Shown here in pieces: positions 35,890-45,434 of a stretch of DNA of 64,000 nucleotides. Position numbers and translations under genes: made by a program. Position 1 is the first letter of the stretch; every line of letters begins with the position of its first letter. The stretch comes from an uncultured Candidatus Binatia bacterium. GTDB lineage: Bacteria; Desulfobacterota; Binatia; Bin18. The stretch is taken from assembly GCA_965200355.1 (NCBI GenBank), contig OZ241351.1, positions 2,982,735 through 3,046,734 on the forward strand, given 5' to 3'. The notes beneath the pieces are model-generated. The model had not been told where the DNA came from and did not search any database. It saw nothing but the letters and a program-made list of their open reading frames with translations.

Positions 35890-37509
35890 ATGCAGCTCTA
35901 TACGAAGATTCTTATCGGGATGGTGGTGGGTGCGGTGGTGGGCCTTGTGCTGGGTCCCAATTCCCTCCTCCTGACCCACGATGTCTATGCCATCCGCGAT
36001 GCTGCGCAGATCGTCTTTCAGCAAAACCCCACCGAGGCAGCCTCTCGTGTCCAGATGCCGGCGGGTGTCCCGCTTCAGATGAGGTTGCTCGAAACCAGGT
36101 TCGAGCAACATGCCGATCTGCTCGGAGAGGAAAGAAAAGTACCCGTTTGGGCAAGAGTCCGGTTTCCTTTCAGTCAGAGACTGGCGCTGGCAGACCAGGC
36201 TGGCTCCCTGCGACAGCAACTTGGCCTCCTCTCCCCAGGCGGCCAAGTAGAAGGCTGGCTGCAAATTTCCAGGACCCCGCTTGAGGGCGGCGGCTTTGCG
36301 TTTTCCCCGCGGCCCATCAGCCGCCTCGGCAAGCAGATCATCACCGTCCTGCGGCCCATCGGGCAGCTCTTCATGCGTCTCATCAAGATGGTCGTGGTCC
36401 CGCTGGTTTTTGCCTCACTGCTGGTCGGTGTGGCCGGCCTGGGCGATATTCGCAGACTGGGCCGCCTGGGGAGTCGCACCCTGGGTCTCTACCTGGGAAC
36501 AACCGCAGTCGCGGTCTCCATTGGTCTCGTCTGTGCCTACGTCGTCCAACCTGGTCAGTTTATTGACCCAGCCGACCGCGCCGTGCTGCTCGCCCAGTTT
36601 GGCACCGCGGCCGGCGACCGAATGTCCGCCGCGGCCGTTTCTCCCTCCATGGTCGATACTCTGCTCGACATTATCCCAACCAATCCCATCGATTCGCTCA
36701 CCAGCGGGAATATGCTCCAGATTATCTTCTTCGCCATTGTCTTCGGGGTCGCGATGACCGCCCTGGGTCCTGAGGAAAGCGCGAGCGTGGTCACGCTCTT
36801 TGAGAAGCTTCAGAATGCCATGATCGTCATCATCGGCTGGGTGATGGCCTTGGCTCCATATGGCGTTGCCGCCCTGATCGCGGAAGTGGTCGGGACGAGC
36901 GGGGTCAGCGTGCTGACAGCCCTCCTCGTGTATGGCTGCACGGTCGTCCTGGGTCTGGCCCTTCATGCCGGCCTGGTGTATGGCGGCTTGGTGCGTCTGC
37001 TCAGTCGCCTGTCGTGGGTTTCGTTTATGCGTGCCGTCCGTCCGGCTCAACTCATCGCTTTTTCCACGTCTTCTTCTTCAGCGACCCTTCCCGTTTCCAT
37101 CGAATGCGCTGAGAAAGATATCGGGGTGAGTAATCCGGTCGCGAGCTTTGTCCTCCCCCTCGGCTCTACCGTGAATATGGACGGGACCGCGCTCTACCAA
37201 GGCGTGGCGGCAATTTTTATTGCCCAAGTATTCCAAACCGACCTGTCGTTCGGCAGCCAACTCAGCATTGTGCTGGCCGCAACTATGGCCTCGATTGGTG
37301 CGGCCGGGGTTCCTGGAGCCGGGATGATTACCTTGGCCCTTGTCCTGACTTCGACCGGGATTCCAACGGTGGGGCTCGCCTTGATCCTTGGCGTTGATCG
37401 TATTCTGGATATGTTTCGGACCGCGGTGAATGTCACTGGAGACTTGGCAATCACGACCGTCATGGCCAAGGGGGAAGGCGAGCAGTTGGCTCTTCAAACA
37501 CGGGCATAA
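35890..37509 (+). CDS. Dicarboxylate/amino acid:cation symporter (DAACS/GltP family) with a large loop insertion after TM1
   Basis: ILIGMVVGAVVGLVLG TM1. LIKMVVVPLVFASLLVG. Conserved C-terminal core (SSSATLP, GVPGAGMITL, DRILDMFRTAVNVTGD). Confidence 0.8.
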   Translation: MQLYTKILIGMVVGAVVGLVLGPNSLLLTHDVYAIRDAAQIVFQQNPTEAASRVQMPAGVPLQMRLLETRFEQHADLLGEERKVPVWARVRFPFSQRLALADQAGSLRQQLGLLSPGGQVEGWLQISRTPLEGGGFAFSPRPISRLGKQIITVLRPIGQLFMRLIKMVVVPLVFASLLVGVAGLGDIRRLGRLGSRTLGLYLGTTAVAVSIGLVCAYVVQPGQFIDPADRAVLLAQFGTAAGDRMSAAAVSPSMVDTLLDIIPTNPIDSLTSGNMLQIIFFAIVFGVAMTALGPEESASVVTLFEKLQNAMIVIIGWVMALAPYGVAALIAEVVGTSGVSVLTALLVYGCTVVLGLALHAGLVYGGLVRLLSRLSWVSFMRAVRPAQLIAFSTSSSSATLPVSIECAEKDIGVSNPVASFVLPLGSTVNMDGTALYQGVAAIFIAQVFQTDLSFGSQLSIVLAATMASIGAAGVPGAGMITLALVLTSTGIPTVGLALILGVDRILDMFRTAVNVTGDLAITTVMAKGEGEQLALQTRA

Positions 37510-37554
37510 TGCACGCCGCGCCCGCGAGCGGCGACACAGGAAGGATACGCCCCT

Positions 37555-38374
37555 ATGAGCGAACTCCTTTTCAATCAGACCGGCCCGGATGGCGCTATTG
37601 CCACGGTGACTTTTAACCGGCCCGAGGCGCGGAACGCCCTGACGTGGCCGATGTACAAGGCGCTGGAGAAAACGGATGTACGAGGCGCTGGAGAAAACGT
37701 GTGACGTCGTTGACCGGGACGACGCTATTACCGTGCTTATCTTGCAGGGAGCCGGCGACAAAGCCTTTGTCTCCGGTACGGACATCAGCCAGTTTACCGC
37801 GCTCAAGGAAAACGCAGACGCAATTGCATACGAGCGGAAACTCGAACGGCTTATCAGTCGCCTCGAAAGCGTCCGCAAGCCGGTGATTGCCGCTATTCAA
37901 GGGGTTGCCGTTGGGGCTGGGGCGGCTTTAGCTCTGGTGAGTGACCTGCGCTATTGTACCCCGGAGAGTCAGATAGGCTTTCCCATCGCCCGTACCCTGG
38001 GCAACTGTCTGAGCGTGGCTATCCATGCTCGTATTCTTGACGCAATAGAGCCGGCAAAGACCAAGGAGCTGATGTTTCGTGCCAGACTCGTCCGGGCTCA
38101 GGAGGCCCTGCAACTCGGTCTGGTCAATGAGATTTTCGACGCTGCGCAGCTGGGCCCTCGGGTGCGCCACATAGCCGAAGAAATCTCTCAGCACGCTCCC
38201 CTGACCCTCCAAGTGACAAAAGAGGCTATTCGGCGTGTGCAGGCCCACCGACGTGCGGTCGGTGAGGATATCTTGGGAGAAGACCTGATTAGCCGCGCCT
38301 ATATGAGTCAGGATTTTCGTGAAGGGGTGGCCGCGTTTCTGGCCAAGCGGTCGCCACGTTTTCGGGGGCGGTAG
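37555..38374 (+). pseudogene. Enoyl-CoA hydratase family gene frameshifted by a 25-bp tandem duplication
   Basis: ATG 37555 gives MSELLFNQTGPDGAIATVTFNRPEARNALTWPMYKALEKT and then runs into TGA at 37702. ORF 37676..38374 continues the crotonase fold in the +1 frame. Confidence 0.75.
37650..37699. repeat. 25-bp direct tandem duplication (1 mismatch)
   Basis: GATGTACAAGGCGCTGGAGAAAACG at 37650-37674, followed by GATGTACGAGGCGCTGGAGAAAACG at 37675-37699. Confidence 0.95.
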
Positions 38375-38393
38375 TAAACGCAGAGCAACGGAG

Positions 38394-39536
38394 ATGATGA
38401 TGCCACTCTCAGGAGTCAGAGTCGTTGAGGTGGGCCTGAACTTGGCCGGCCCCTTAGCCGGAGCCATTATGGCTGACCTCGGCGCTGACGTGATCAAGGT
38501 CGAGCGGCCGGAAACCGGAGACGACGCCAGGGCTTGGGGGCCGCCTTTTGTCGAGGAGACCTCCCTGCCCTTTCATAATATGAACCGCAACAAACGCTCG
38601 GTCGTGGTTGACTTCAAAAACGCGGCAGACATGGAACGCCTGTATCAACTCATCGAACGAGCGGATGTGTTTCTCCACAATCTCCGCCCTGGGGTTGCCG
38701 CGCAAGTTGGACTGGAAGCAGACTTCCTGCTGTCTCGGAACCCGACCCTCGTCTATTGTGGGGTGACGGCCTTTGGTCATACCGGACCGCTCAAGGATAA
38801 GCCCGGCTACGAAGTCTTGCTGCAAGCCTTCGGCGGGCTGATGAGTATGACCGGTCAGGAAAATGGCCCGCCGGTGCGCATGGGCACCTCGGTCGTCGAT
38901 TATGGGACGGGCATGTGGACCACCATTGCCGCCCTGGCAGCGCTCCGCAAACGAGACAAAACCGGTCGCGGCTGCGTTATTACCACGTCGCTTTTTGAGA
39001 CCGCGGTCTTCTATGTCAGCACGGCCTTGATTCAATATAAAAAGACCGGGAAAGCGCCGGCTCGCCATGCAACCGGCAGCCCGCGTCAGGTTGCCTTTGG
39101 GGCCTTTGAAACGCAGAACGGGCCATTAGTCTTAGGGGTCGCCAACAGTCGGCTGTTCTTCAAACTCGCCAAAGCGCTGGGCCGTAGCGAATGGGTCACG
39201 GATCCCCGGTATCAAACAAATGCCAGCAGGATGGAGCATCGGGAGTATCTTATGCAAAGCATCGCCACTGATATGGCCCAAGAGACAAAGGAAACGTGGA
39301 TGACGCGCTTGGAGGCGGCCGGGGTGCCGTGTGCTCCAATCCTGACGATTCCTGAAGTCATTGCTCAGCCGCAAACCCAGGCGCTGGAGATGATTCGTGA
39401 GGCCCCCGGCGCCGCTCTTGAAGTGATGGGTTTACCCTTTTCGATTGACGGGCAGCGACCACATCTGCGGTCGCGCGCCCCACGGCTCGGCGAGCATACG
39501 GACGAGGTGTGGGGCGCAAAGCCTTCGAGGCGTTAG
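38394..39536 (+). CDS. CoA-transferase family III (CaiB/BaiF) protein
   Basis: Start trimmed to MMMPLSGVRVVEVGLNLAGPLAGAIMADLGADVIKVE. Confidence 0.85.
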   Translation: MMMPLSGVRVVEVGLNLAGPLAGAIMADLGADVIKVERPETGDDARAWGPPFVEETSLPFHNMNRNKRSVVVDFKNAADMERLYQLIERADVFLHNLRPGVAAQVGLEADFLLSRNPTLVYCGVTAFGHTGPLKDKPGYEVLLQAFGGLMSMTGQENGPPVRMGTSVVDYGTGMWTTIAALAALRKRDKTGRGCVITTSLFETAVFYVSTALIQYKKTGKAPARHATGSPRQVAFGAFETQNGPLVLGVANSRLFFKLAKALGRSEWVTDPRYQTNASRMEHREYLMQSIATDMAQETKETWMTRLEAAGVPCAPILTIPEVIAQPQTQALEMIREAPGAALEVMGLPFSIDGQRPHLRSRAPRLGEHTDEVWGAKPSRR

Positions 39537-39586
39537 CCCCTGCCACACTCGGACGTTGCGTGTGGCAGGGGCTCTTGCCGTTTTTT
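39536..39586 (+). terminator. Rho-independent terminator
   Basis: 13-bp perfect stem GCCCCTGCCACAC / GTGTGGCAGGGGC with an 11-nt loop, followed by TCTTGCCGTTTTTT. Confidence 0.7.
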
Positions 39587-39634
39587 ACAAAACCGGTCAT
39601 TACTAGGAAAAAATCAGGAGAGAAGGAGGAGCAT

Positions 39635-39847
39635 ATGTCAGACCCTGACAAACCCTTACCAGCTTCGGGCACCCTGGAGGACCCGGCCGAACAGTTAGTC
39701 CAACATCTCTTACGCCAGCCGCATGACCTCGTTGACGCCCGTCGATTGTTTCAACGCTTTCGGGTCACCACGCGAGAGTTTCAACGCGCCCTGCGTCAAT
39801 TTGAAGCTCTCCGCCTCACAGGAGACGCCCCACCCCAGTCCGCCTAG
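39635..39847 (+). CDS. Hypothetical 70-aa protein
   Basis: GAAGGAGGAG upstream of ATG 39635. No family recognised. Confidence 0.4.
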   Translation: MSDPDKPLPASGTLEDPAEQLVQHLLRQPHDLVDARRLFQRFRVTTREFQRALRQFEALRLTGDAPPQSA

Positions 39848-39863
39848 TTTGGCTCCATATTCA

Positions 39864-39927
39864 AAAAGTAAGCACGTCCGACAAAAGCCATAGAGAGCAG
39901 TAGAGAAGGCTGGACGTGTTTACTTTT
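39864..39927 (+). terminator. Long hairpin (16-bp stem with one G-U pair, about 32-nt loop) followed by T run
   Basis: AAAAGTAAGCACGTCC ... GGACGTGTTTACTTTT, then TC. Lies after the small ORF stop. Confidence 0.3.
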
Positions 39928-40008
39928 TCGAGACCTGCTCCTTCCACCCGCCCTCACGTCCGAAGCCTCGGATAGGCCCCCTGCGTGGAGAGAAAATAGG
40001 ACCTCGTC

Positions 40009-40461
40009 ATGATTGAAGTGAACGGTATTGCCCATATTATTCTCACGGTTCGTCGGTTCAAAGAGTGCCAGCAGTTCTATACGAAGCTGCTTCCCTTCCT
40101 CGGCCTCCAGCTCGTCTTTGATGGCGAAGACATGTGCTACCACGTTGGGGCCCGGACGGGTGTTGGCATACAGCGCTGTGCCCCCGAGCATCAAGACGAG
40201 CGCTTCGTTCAAACACGAACCGGTCTCCACCACTTCTGTTTTCGCGCCCGCTCTCGTCAGGATATCGATCAGGTCTATGCAATGCTGAAAGAGATTAACG
40301 CGACCATCGTCACTCCGCCCCAAGAGGGCCCGTGGGCACCGGGCTACTACTCGGTCTTATTTGAAGACCCGGACGGTATCCGGGTTGAGGTGAATTACGT
40401 TCCGGGGAAGGGCGTACTCGCCAGAGACGCCGGGTTTAATCCGGGCGGCGACTATCAGTAG
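40009..40461 (+). CDS. VOC (glyoxalase/bleomycin-resistance/dioxygenase) family protein
   Basis: MIEVNGIAHIILTVRRFKECQQFYTKLL...GLHHFCFRA...YYSVLFEDPDGIRVEV. Confidence 0.7.
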   Translation: MIEVNGIAHIILTVRRFKECQQFYTKLLPFLGLQLVFDGEDMCYHVGARTGVGIQRCAPEHQDERFVQTRTGLHHFCFRARSRQDIDQVYAMLKEINATIVTPPQEGPWAPGYYSVLFEDPDGIRVEVNYVPGKGVLARDAGFNPGGDYQ

Positions 40462-41867
40462 GCATTTCGAGCGGCCTCCCGTCCTGCGATACGCCCAAAC
40501 ACCGCGCCGCGTAAAACCGATGTCGCGCCCATATAATTGTAGTAATACAACTCGCCCATAGGCTCACCAGCGACGTAGAGACCGGGGATCGCGCGGCCCG
40601 TAGAGTGGATCACTTGGGCTTTTGGATTGGATTTGAGGCCGCCGAAGGTGAACGTAATGCCCCCCGTCACGGGATAGGCCAGATAGGGAGGCGTGTCGAG
40701 CCGGCGTGCCCAGTTGGTCTTGTTGACGCCCAAGCCGCGCGTCGCCAAGCCGTCACGGATGAGCGGATCAAATACGCCGGCTTGGCAGGCCGCGTTGTAT
40801 TCCTCAATAGTTTGCTCCATACGGTCGGCCGGAACACCGAGGCGTGCAGCCAACTCCCGCACGTTCTGCGCTTCAAATGCTTCCTCGTCTGTCCGAATCG
40901 CCCGTTTCCAGGCTTCCGGGTCTTCAGCGCGCGGCTTATTGTCAAAGACGTTAAAGGCCACCCCACTTTTGTGCGCCATAATCGCTTTGCTGAATTTCAC
41001 ATAGGTCTGATCACGAAAGTCTTCACCTTCATCGAGAAAGCGCTCACCGTCTTCGTCAATGAAGAGACCGAGTTGAAAAATATAGATCGCCGTCACCCCA
41101 CACTCGAAGGGCGTAGAACGGGCATCAAGCACCGCAGAGTGGAAATCTCCCCATTGGCCGGCCGGCAGCGCCCCAATGGCGAGGGCCATACGCAAGCCAT
41201 CACCAGTATTATAGCGGCTGCCGCGTAGAATGAGTCCGTCCATATGCCGCCCGAGATAGCGGACCCGCATTTCCGGGTTGGCCTCGAAACCGCCGCAGGC
41301 AATGACGACCCCGCCACGAGCGGTAATATCGGTATAGCCCTCGGGTTCGAGCGCGCGGACGCCAACCACGCGGCCACTGCGGTTCGTGAGGAGAGTTTCC
41401 GCCGCGGTCTCATACGCAACATGCACCCCACCCCGCTCCAGATGCTTGTAGAGGGTGTCAACCAGTTGCCAGCCGCCACCCACGGGCTGACGTCGATAGC
41501 CGGCGACATGGGGATAGCCCTTTTCCCACGCAATCCCCATGTCCGTCAACCAATCAACGACCTCAGCCGCGTGCTCCACCACGACGCGCACCAAGTCTGT
41601 ATTCGCCCGCCCACGCGAAACCCGTAAAAAATCGTCAAAGAAATCTTCCTTCGTCTGTTGGGTGGGACAGTACTCATCCGCTTCGTGGGGATAGCGGATT
41701 TGCGCATCGGCAATAGCAGAGTTGCCGCCCCGTTGCAGTTTCGGGGCCTTTTCAAGCAGAATGACCTCAGCGCCTGCATTCAGCGCGCTCAGCGCCGCAG
41801 AAAGGCCGGCAATGCCGCCACCTATGACGGCAACATCGCAGTCGATTTCCGGTATGGATTCAGCCAT
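40455..41867 (-). CDS. FAD-dependent oxidoreductase (fumarate reductase / TcuA-like flavoprotein)
   Basis: DVAVIGGGIAGLSAALSALNAGAEVILLEK dinucleotide fold. C-terminal GLYVAGE motif. Confidence 0.7.
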   Translation of the reverse strand: MAESIPEIDCDVAVIGGGIAGLSAALSALNAGAEVILLEKAPKLQRGGNSAIADAQIRYPHEADEYCPTQQTKEDFFDDFLRVSRGRANTDLVRVVVEHAAEVVDWLTDMGIAWEKGYPHVAGYRRQPVGGGWQLVDTLYKHLERGGVHVAYETAAETLLTNRSGRVVGVRALEPEGYTDITARGGVVIACGGFEANPEMRVRYLGRHMDGLILRGSRYNTGDGLRMALAIGALPAGQWGDFHSAVLDARSTPFECGVTAIYIFQLGLFIDEDGERFLDEGEDFRDQTYVKFSKAIMAHKSGVAFNVFDNKPRAEDPEAWKRAIRTDEEAFEAQNVRELAARLGVPADRMEQTIEEYNAACQAGVFDPLIRDGLATRGLGVNKTNWARRLDTPPYLAYPVTGGITFTFGGLKSNPKAQVIHSTGRAIPGLYVAGEPMGELYYYNYMGATSVLRGAVFGRIAGREAARNAY

Positions 41868-41960
41868 ATACGTACTTGAGGTGTAAGGATGGGGTTCCCT
41901 TTCCCCAGGCGAAATCGCCTATCCCGAGCCGGGTCAAAGGGGACGATGGTGAGGGGTCGT

Positions 41961-42242
41961 CTACCCCCCGGCAATGCCGACCATGAAGGACACGGTTTCT
42001 CCGTCCGCCAAGGTATCATCGATAAAGAGCCGTCGGCCGCTGGAATCAATGAACAAGGTCCCGTTCGTATTCAGGTCCTGCGTATTGGGGTCGATAAGCA
42101 GCGCCTGCATTTGCGGCCCATATTTATTGGTCAGCATCTGCGCCAACTCGGCCATATTGGGTTGTTCGAGTTGGATGGTCTCGCCCGTCGTGTGTGTAAT
42201 TTCCTTAAACCGAGCAGTATACTCTGCTTGAATGGTAATCAC
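41961..42242 (-). CDS. MoaD/ThiS-like ubiquitin-fold sulfur-carrier protein
   Basis: 93 aa ending in ...VSFMVGIAGG (C-terminal Gly-Gly). Located in the AOR operon. Confidence 0.6.
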   Translation of the reverse strand: MITIQAEYTARFKEITHTTGETIQLEQPNMAELAQMLTNKYGPQMQALLIDPNTQDLNTNGTLFIDSSGRRLFIDDTLADGETVSFMVGIAGG

Positions 42243-42271
42243 GTCCTATTCCTTCCTTCATATCTGATACC

Positions 42272-42667
42272 CTAACGAGGCGGAACGACATAAAATTTTT
42301 CATTTGCATGGGGATTCCCCGCTCCATAGGGGTTGTTGAGACTCTCAGACGAATAGGGGCTGCCATATCTTCCATATGGATGCGCAGTAGAATCGAGATC
42401 ATACGGGTTGGTGCTGAATTTTCCACGGTAATTGCCGTGTCCATCGTATATTTTCGGCGCGTCTGTTGCGTAGGGGTTTGTCCATGACTTGTTACTATAA
42501 GGGCTTCCGTACTGACTATATGGGTTCATCAGTCCGTCCGGTTTGTACGGACTTCCAGCCCCGTATGGGTTACTCAGGCAATCTGGGTCATAGGGGCAGA
42601 CGGCGAGGAGCATTCCAGGCATTGCAAAAACAAGAGAGAGCGTCAATACCATCCTCTTGAGGATCAT
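42272..42667 (-). CDS. Small secreted (possibly lipo-) protein built from NPY / GSPY short repeats
   Basis: Signal peptide MILKRMVLTLSLVFAMPGMLLAVC. Repeats SNPYGAGSPY, MNPYSQYGSPYS, TNPYATD, TNPYDLD, HPYGRYGSPYS, NNPYGAGNP. Confidence 0.6.
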   Translation of the reverse strand: MILKRMVLTLSLVFAMPGMLLAVCPYDPDCLSNPYGAGSPYKPDGLMNPYSQYGSPYSNKSWTNPYATDAPKIYDGHGNYRGKFSTNPYDLDSTAHPYGRYGSPYSSESLNNPYGAGNPHANEKFYVVPPR

Positions 42668-42683
42668 GGTCGCCCCCTCTCAC

Positions 42684-44714
42684 CTAGTCTGGAATACCGG
42701 GCTCGTCCGTCACTTTTATATCCACGTGAACCGCGCGGTCGGCGCGCCGCTCGCCAGCCAAGGCATGGTCCGCGGCCAGCACATCGGCGACATCTTCCAG
42801 TCCCAATTCTTCCATCCGTTCGCGTGTTTGCAGACCCGTTTTCTTGTCCCAGCCACGCCACTCGTAATACTCGTCGAGCACGTAGTCGAACATATCACCA
42901 GCTACCCGGCCCTTATTCGGCCCTTCCGGGCAAGGCTCGTGCATCCAGCGCTCGCAGATTGTATCGTGCTCACGGCGCATCCCCAAGCGGGAGTTGAAGG
43001 CTTTTTCAATATTGCAGATACGCTCACCGTCACGCAGGCGTTCCTCTTTCGTCTTATCGATTCCGGTGACGTCGGTATACACTTCCCCGTAATAGCTTTC
43101 GGGAGCATAGCCCAAAGGATCAAGCATCCAGTGGAACATGCACACGCCATACGAATTAATGAGCGCGACTTGGTTTTCAATCAGCGCCGTACTCGCTCCT
43201 TTGAGCTCGGGGACAGTCGGGTCGCCAGCTTCGGTTCTGCCGTTGAAATACACCTTGGATAAGTCTCTGCGCTGAAATTTCTCAATCAGGCCGATGCCCT
43301 TGAGGTGGTCAGCGCCGCGTGAGGCCACGGCCATATTGTTCATCCAGGTTGGGAAGGGACGCATTTCTTCGGTGAAGCTCGCCCCGCCTTTGCCATAGAT
43401 GGCATACTTCATGAAATTCTGACCCTGTTGTTCCGAGTAGCGCAGGGCACCGTGATAGGCCCCATCTCGGAAAAGCCAGCCAAACGGATTCCGCTGGAAG
43501 ACCACATCCTCAACCAGGGTTTCAATATCCTCCATCCGCCCCCATTCCAGGCTCTGGGACCGGCCAAACAACTCCTCCACGTCCCGGTCAGAAATAATTT
43601 CGCGCTGTTTGAGTTCCATGAGGAAGCTGATGGAGCAGCACAAGTCCTGGTTATCGATCCCGTAGTCGTTCGTAATTTTACCCCAGTGCGCGACCTCAGC
43701 CCAGTCTCGCACATCCAGCGCTCCCGCGCTGCTCGCTGTCGTCAGATATTCAGGATGTCGGAAGGTCTCCCCCACATATTTCTGCGCTTTGTCTGATTCA
43801 TGTCCTTCGATTTTATAGCGTCCATCACAGGCGATATAACAGTCGGACGAACACACCTCCGAGTATTTGTGATATTTTTTGACCCAGTTGTCGGAGCGGA
43901 CTTCTTCGCCCCGGAACTGCGTCCCCTGGTTATTGCGCCAGAAGTTGCCCCCGATGCGTTGATACATTTCAACCGCGCCCATCGTTCCCCGCCGCTTGAA
44001 TCCGTAAGCGGCTTCGTTTGCGTCGAGCTTCTGGCGAAAACCGTCCGCCCATTCGAGCAGACCGGCCGGGTTATCTACTTTAATGCCCTGTGTTCCTTGG
44101 GTGACAATAGCTTTCAGGTTCTTAGCACCCATAACCCCGCCACCACCGCAGCGGGCATGAATACGCCAGCCGTCTGAGACCACGCCGGCGATGCCAACCT
44201 GATTTTCACCGGCCTGACCAATGGACAAAGTGTAGGCTTCAGACGGATAATCGCCCAACTCTTTTCTGAGCGCGTTGTGCGTTTCCGCACTGTTCTTCCC
44301 CCATAAGTGGCCTGCATCGCAGATGGTGACTTCTCCATTACAAATGTGGATATAGACCGGCTTGGGGGCTTTCCCAGTCACCACGATATAGTCATAGCCG
44401 CTGAAGCGGACCACGTAGGGAAACTTGCCCCCGCCGGTGGAGTCGCCAAAAGAGCCGTAACACGGGCTTTTGAACGTTAGCCGGCCTTTGACCCCAATAC
44501 CCGACCCCACGCCGGCCAGCGGACCCACCCCGAAGATCAGCACGTTATCTGGTCCACGCGGGTCACACATAATGTCGTGCTTCAGGAAATGCTCCCACAA
44601 CAGCCAGTCGTTAATCCCTGAGCCACCGACCCAGCGTTCAAACATGGAGTGCGAGAGTATTTCGCGTTGAATGGTCCCGGTTGACAAGTCTACTCGTAAC
44701 AGTCCGCTTTCCAT
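42684..44714 (-). CDS. Aldehyde:ferredoxin oxidoreductase family (tungstopterin) enzyme
   Basis: AOR N-terminal domain (LRVDLSTGTIQRE...GGSGI). Overall AOR-family length with conserved internal blocks. Confidence 0.8.
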   Translation of the reverse strand: MESGLLRVDLSTGTIQREILSHSMFERWVGGSGINDWLLWEHFLKHDIMCDPRGPDNVLIFGVGPLAGVGSGIGVKGRLTFKSPCYGSFGDSTGGGKFPYVVRFSGYDYIVVTGKAPKPVYIHICNGEVTICDAGHLWGKNSAETHNALRKELGDYPSEAYTLSIGQAGENQVGIAGVVSDGWRIHARCGGGGVMGAKNLKAIVTQGTQGIKVDNPAGLLEWADGFRQKLDANEAAYGFKRRGTMGAVEMYQRIGGNFWRNNQGTQFRGEEVRSDNWVKKYHKYSEVCSSDCYIACDGRYKIEGHESDKAQKYVGETFRHPEYLTTASSAGALDVRDWAEVAHWGKITNDYGIDNQDLCCSISFLMELKQREIISDRDVEELFGRSQSLEWGRMEDIETLVEDVVFQRNPFGWLFRDGAYHGALRYSEQQGQNFMKYAIYGKGGASFTEEMRPFPTWMNNMAVASRGADHLKGIGLIEKFQRRDLSKVYFNGRTEAGDPTVPELKGASTALIENQVALINSYGVCMFHWMLDPLGYAPESYYGEVYTDVTGIDKTKEERLRDGERICNIEKAFNSRLGMRREHDTICERWMHEPCPEGPNKGRVAGDMFDYVLDEYYEWRGWDKKTGLQTRERMEELGLEDVADVLAADHALAGERRADRAVHVDIKVTDEPGIPD

Positions 44715-44755
44715 GAGAGCGCCTCCTTATTGTCTTTCCACTCAAACGCCTGCGC

Positions 44756-45406
44756 TTAGGCCGCAGAGCTGACTTTTCCCTTTGATAACATGGCCTGCAT
44801 GATGCCAACTTCATCTCTCGCTTCAGGTTTTTGGCGAAGGATTTGACCAAACGCGGCCTTTTCTTCGTAAAAGAGCACCGGCATTCGAGAGTATTGTTTG
44901 CCCGCGTTCAGCATCTCGGGCCGCGTGGAGCAGGCTTTCACACAAGCCGGGTCCCCGCCGCATAAGTCACATTTGAGCAACTCACCCGTTGGTGCCACAA
45001 AGACCGTGTCAAACGGACAGCCAGGCACACATTCCATGCACTGAATACATTTATCTTGGTCAATCACCGCCGCCCGGGTCTCTGGGTCATAATAAAACGC
45101 ATCCGTCGGACAGACTTCAGCGCACGGGGGGGGATTGGCGCAGTGGTGGCAAATGGCCGGCATAAACCCGAAGCCGTCTGTGGAGACGCGCGAGACCTGG
45201 GGCGCATGGTCGATTTTAATGCGCGTCCAGACCGGGTTCAGTTCTCCCTCCGGTGAGTGGATCAGCGAGCACGCCACTTCACACATTTTGCAGTCCGTAC
45301 ACAAGTTCTGGAGCGCGAAGAGCTTGGTGGGAACATTCGGGACGGCCTCTCCGGGCTGATACCAGACCTCCCCATTGACGAGTTCTTTTTGTCGGGTTTC
45401 CTGCAT
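44756..45406 (-). CDS. 4Fe-4S polyferredoxin subunit (four cluster motifs)
   Basis: CTDCKMCEVAC, CHHCANPPCAEVCP, CIQCMECVPGCP, CDLCGGDPACVKAC. Confidence 0.8.
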   Translation of the reverse strand: MQETRQKELVNGEVWYQPGEAVPNVPTKLFALQNLCTDCKMCEVACSLIHSPEGELNPVWTRIKIDHAPQVSRVSTDGFGFMPAICHHCANPPPCAEVCPTDAFYYDPETRAAVIDQDKCIQCMECVPGCPFDTVFVAPTGELLKCDLCGGDPACVKACSTRPEMLNAGKQYSRMPVLFYEEKAAFGQILRQKPEARDEVGIMQAMLSKGKVSSAA

Positions 45407-45434
45407 AGGAATGCCCTCCTTTTGTGCGGTCGCT

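Noticed and set aside
39844-40323. 159-aa minus-strand ORF opposite the VOC-family gene.
   Set aside because: The plus-strand ORF has a clear glyoxalase/VOC pattern. The minus-strand product has none and would run through the upstream hairpin.
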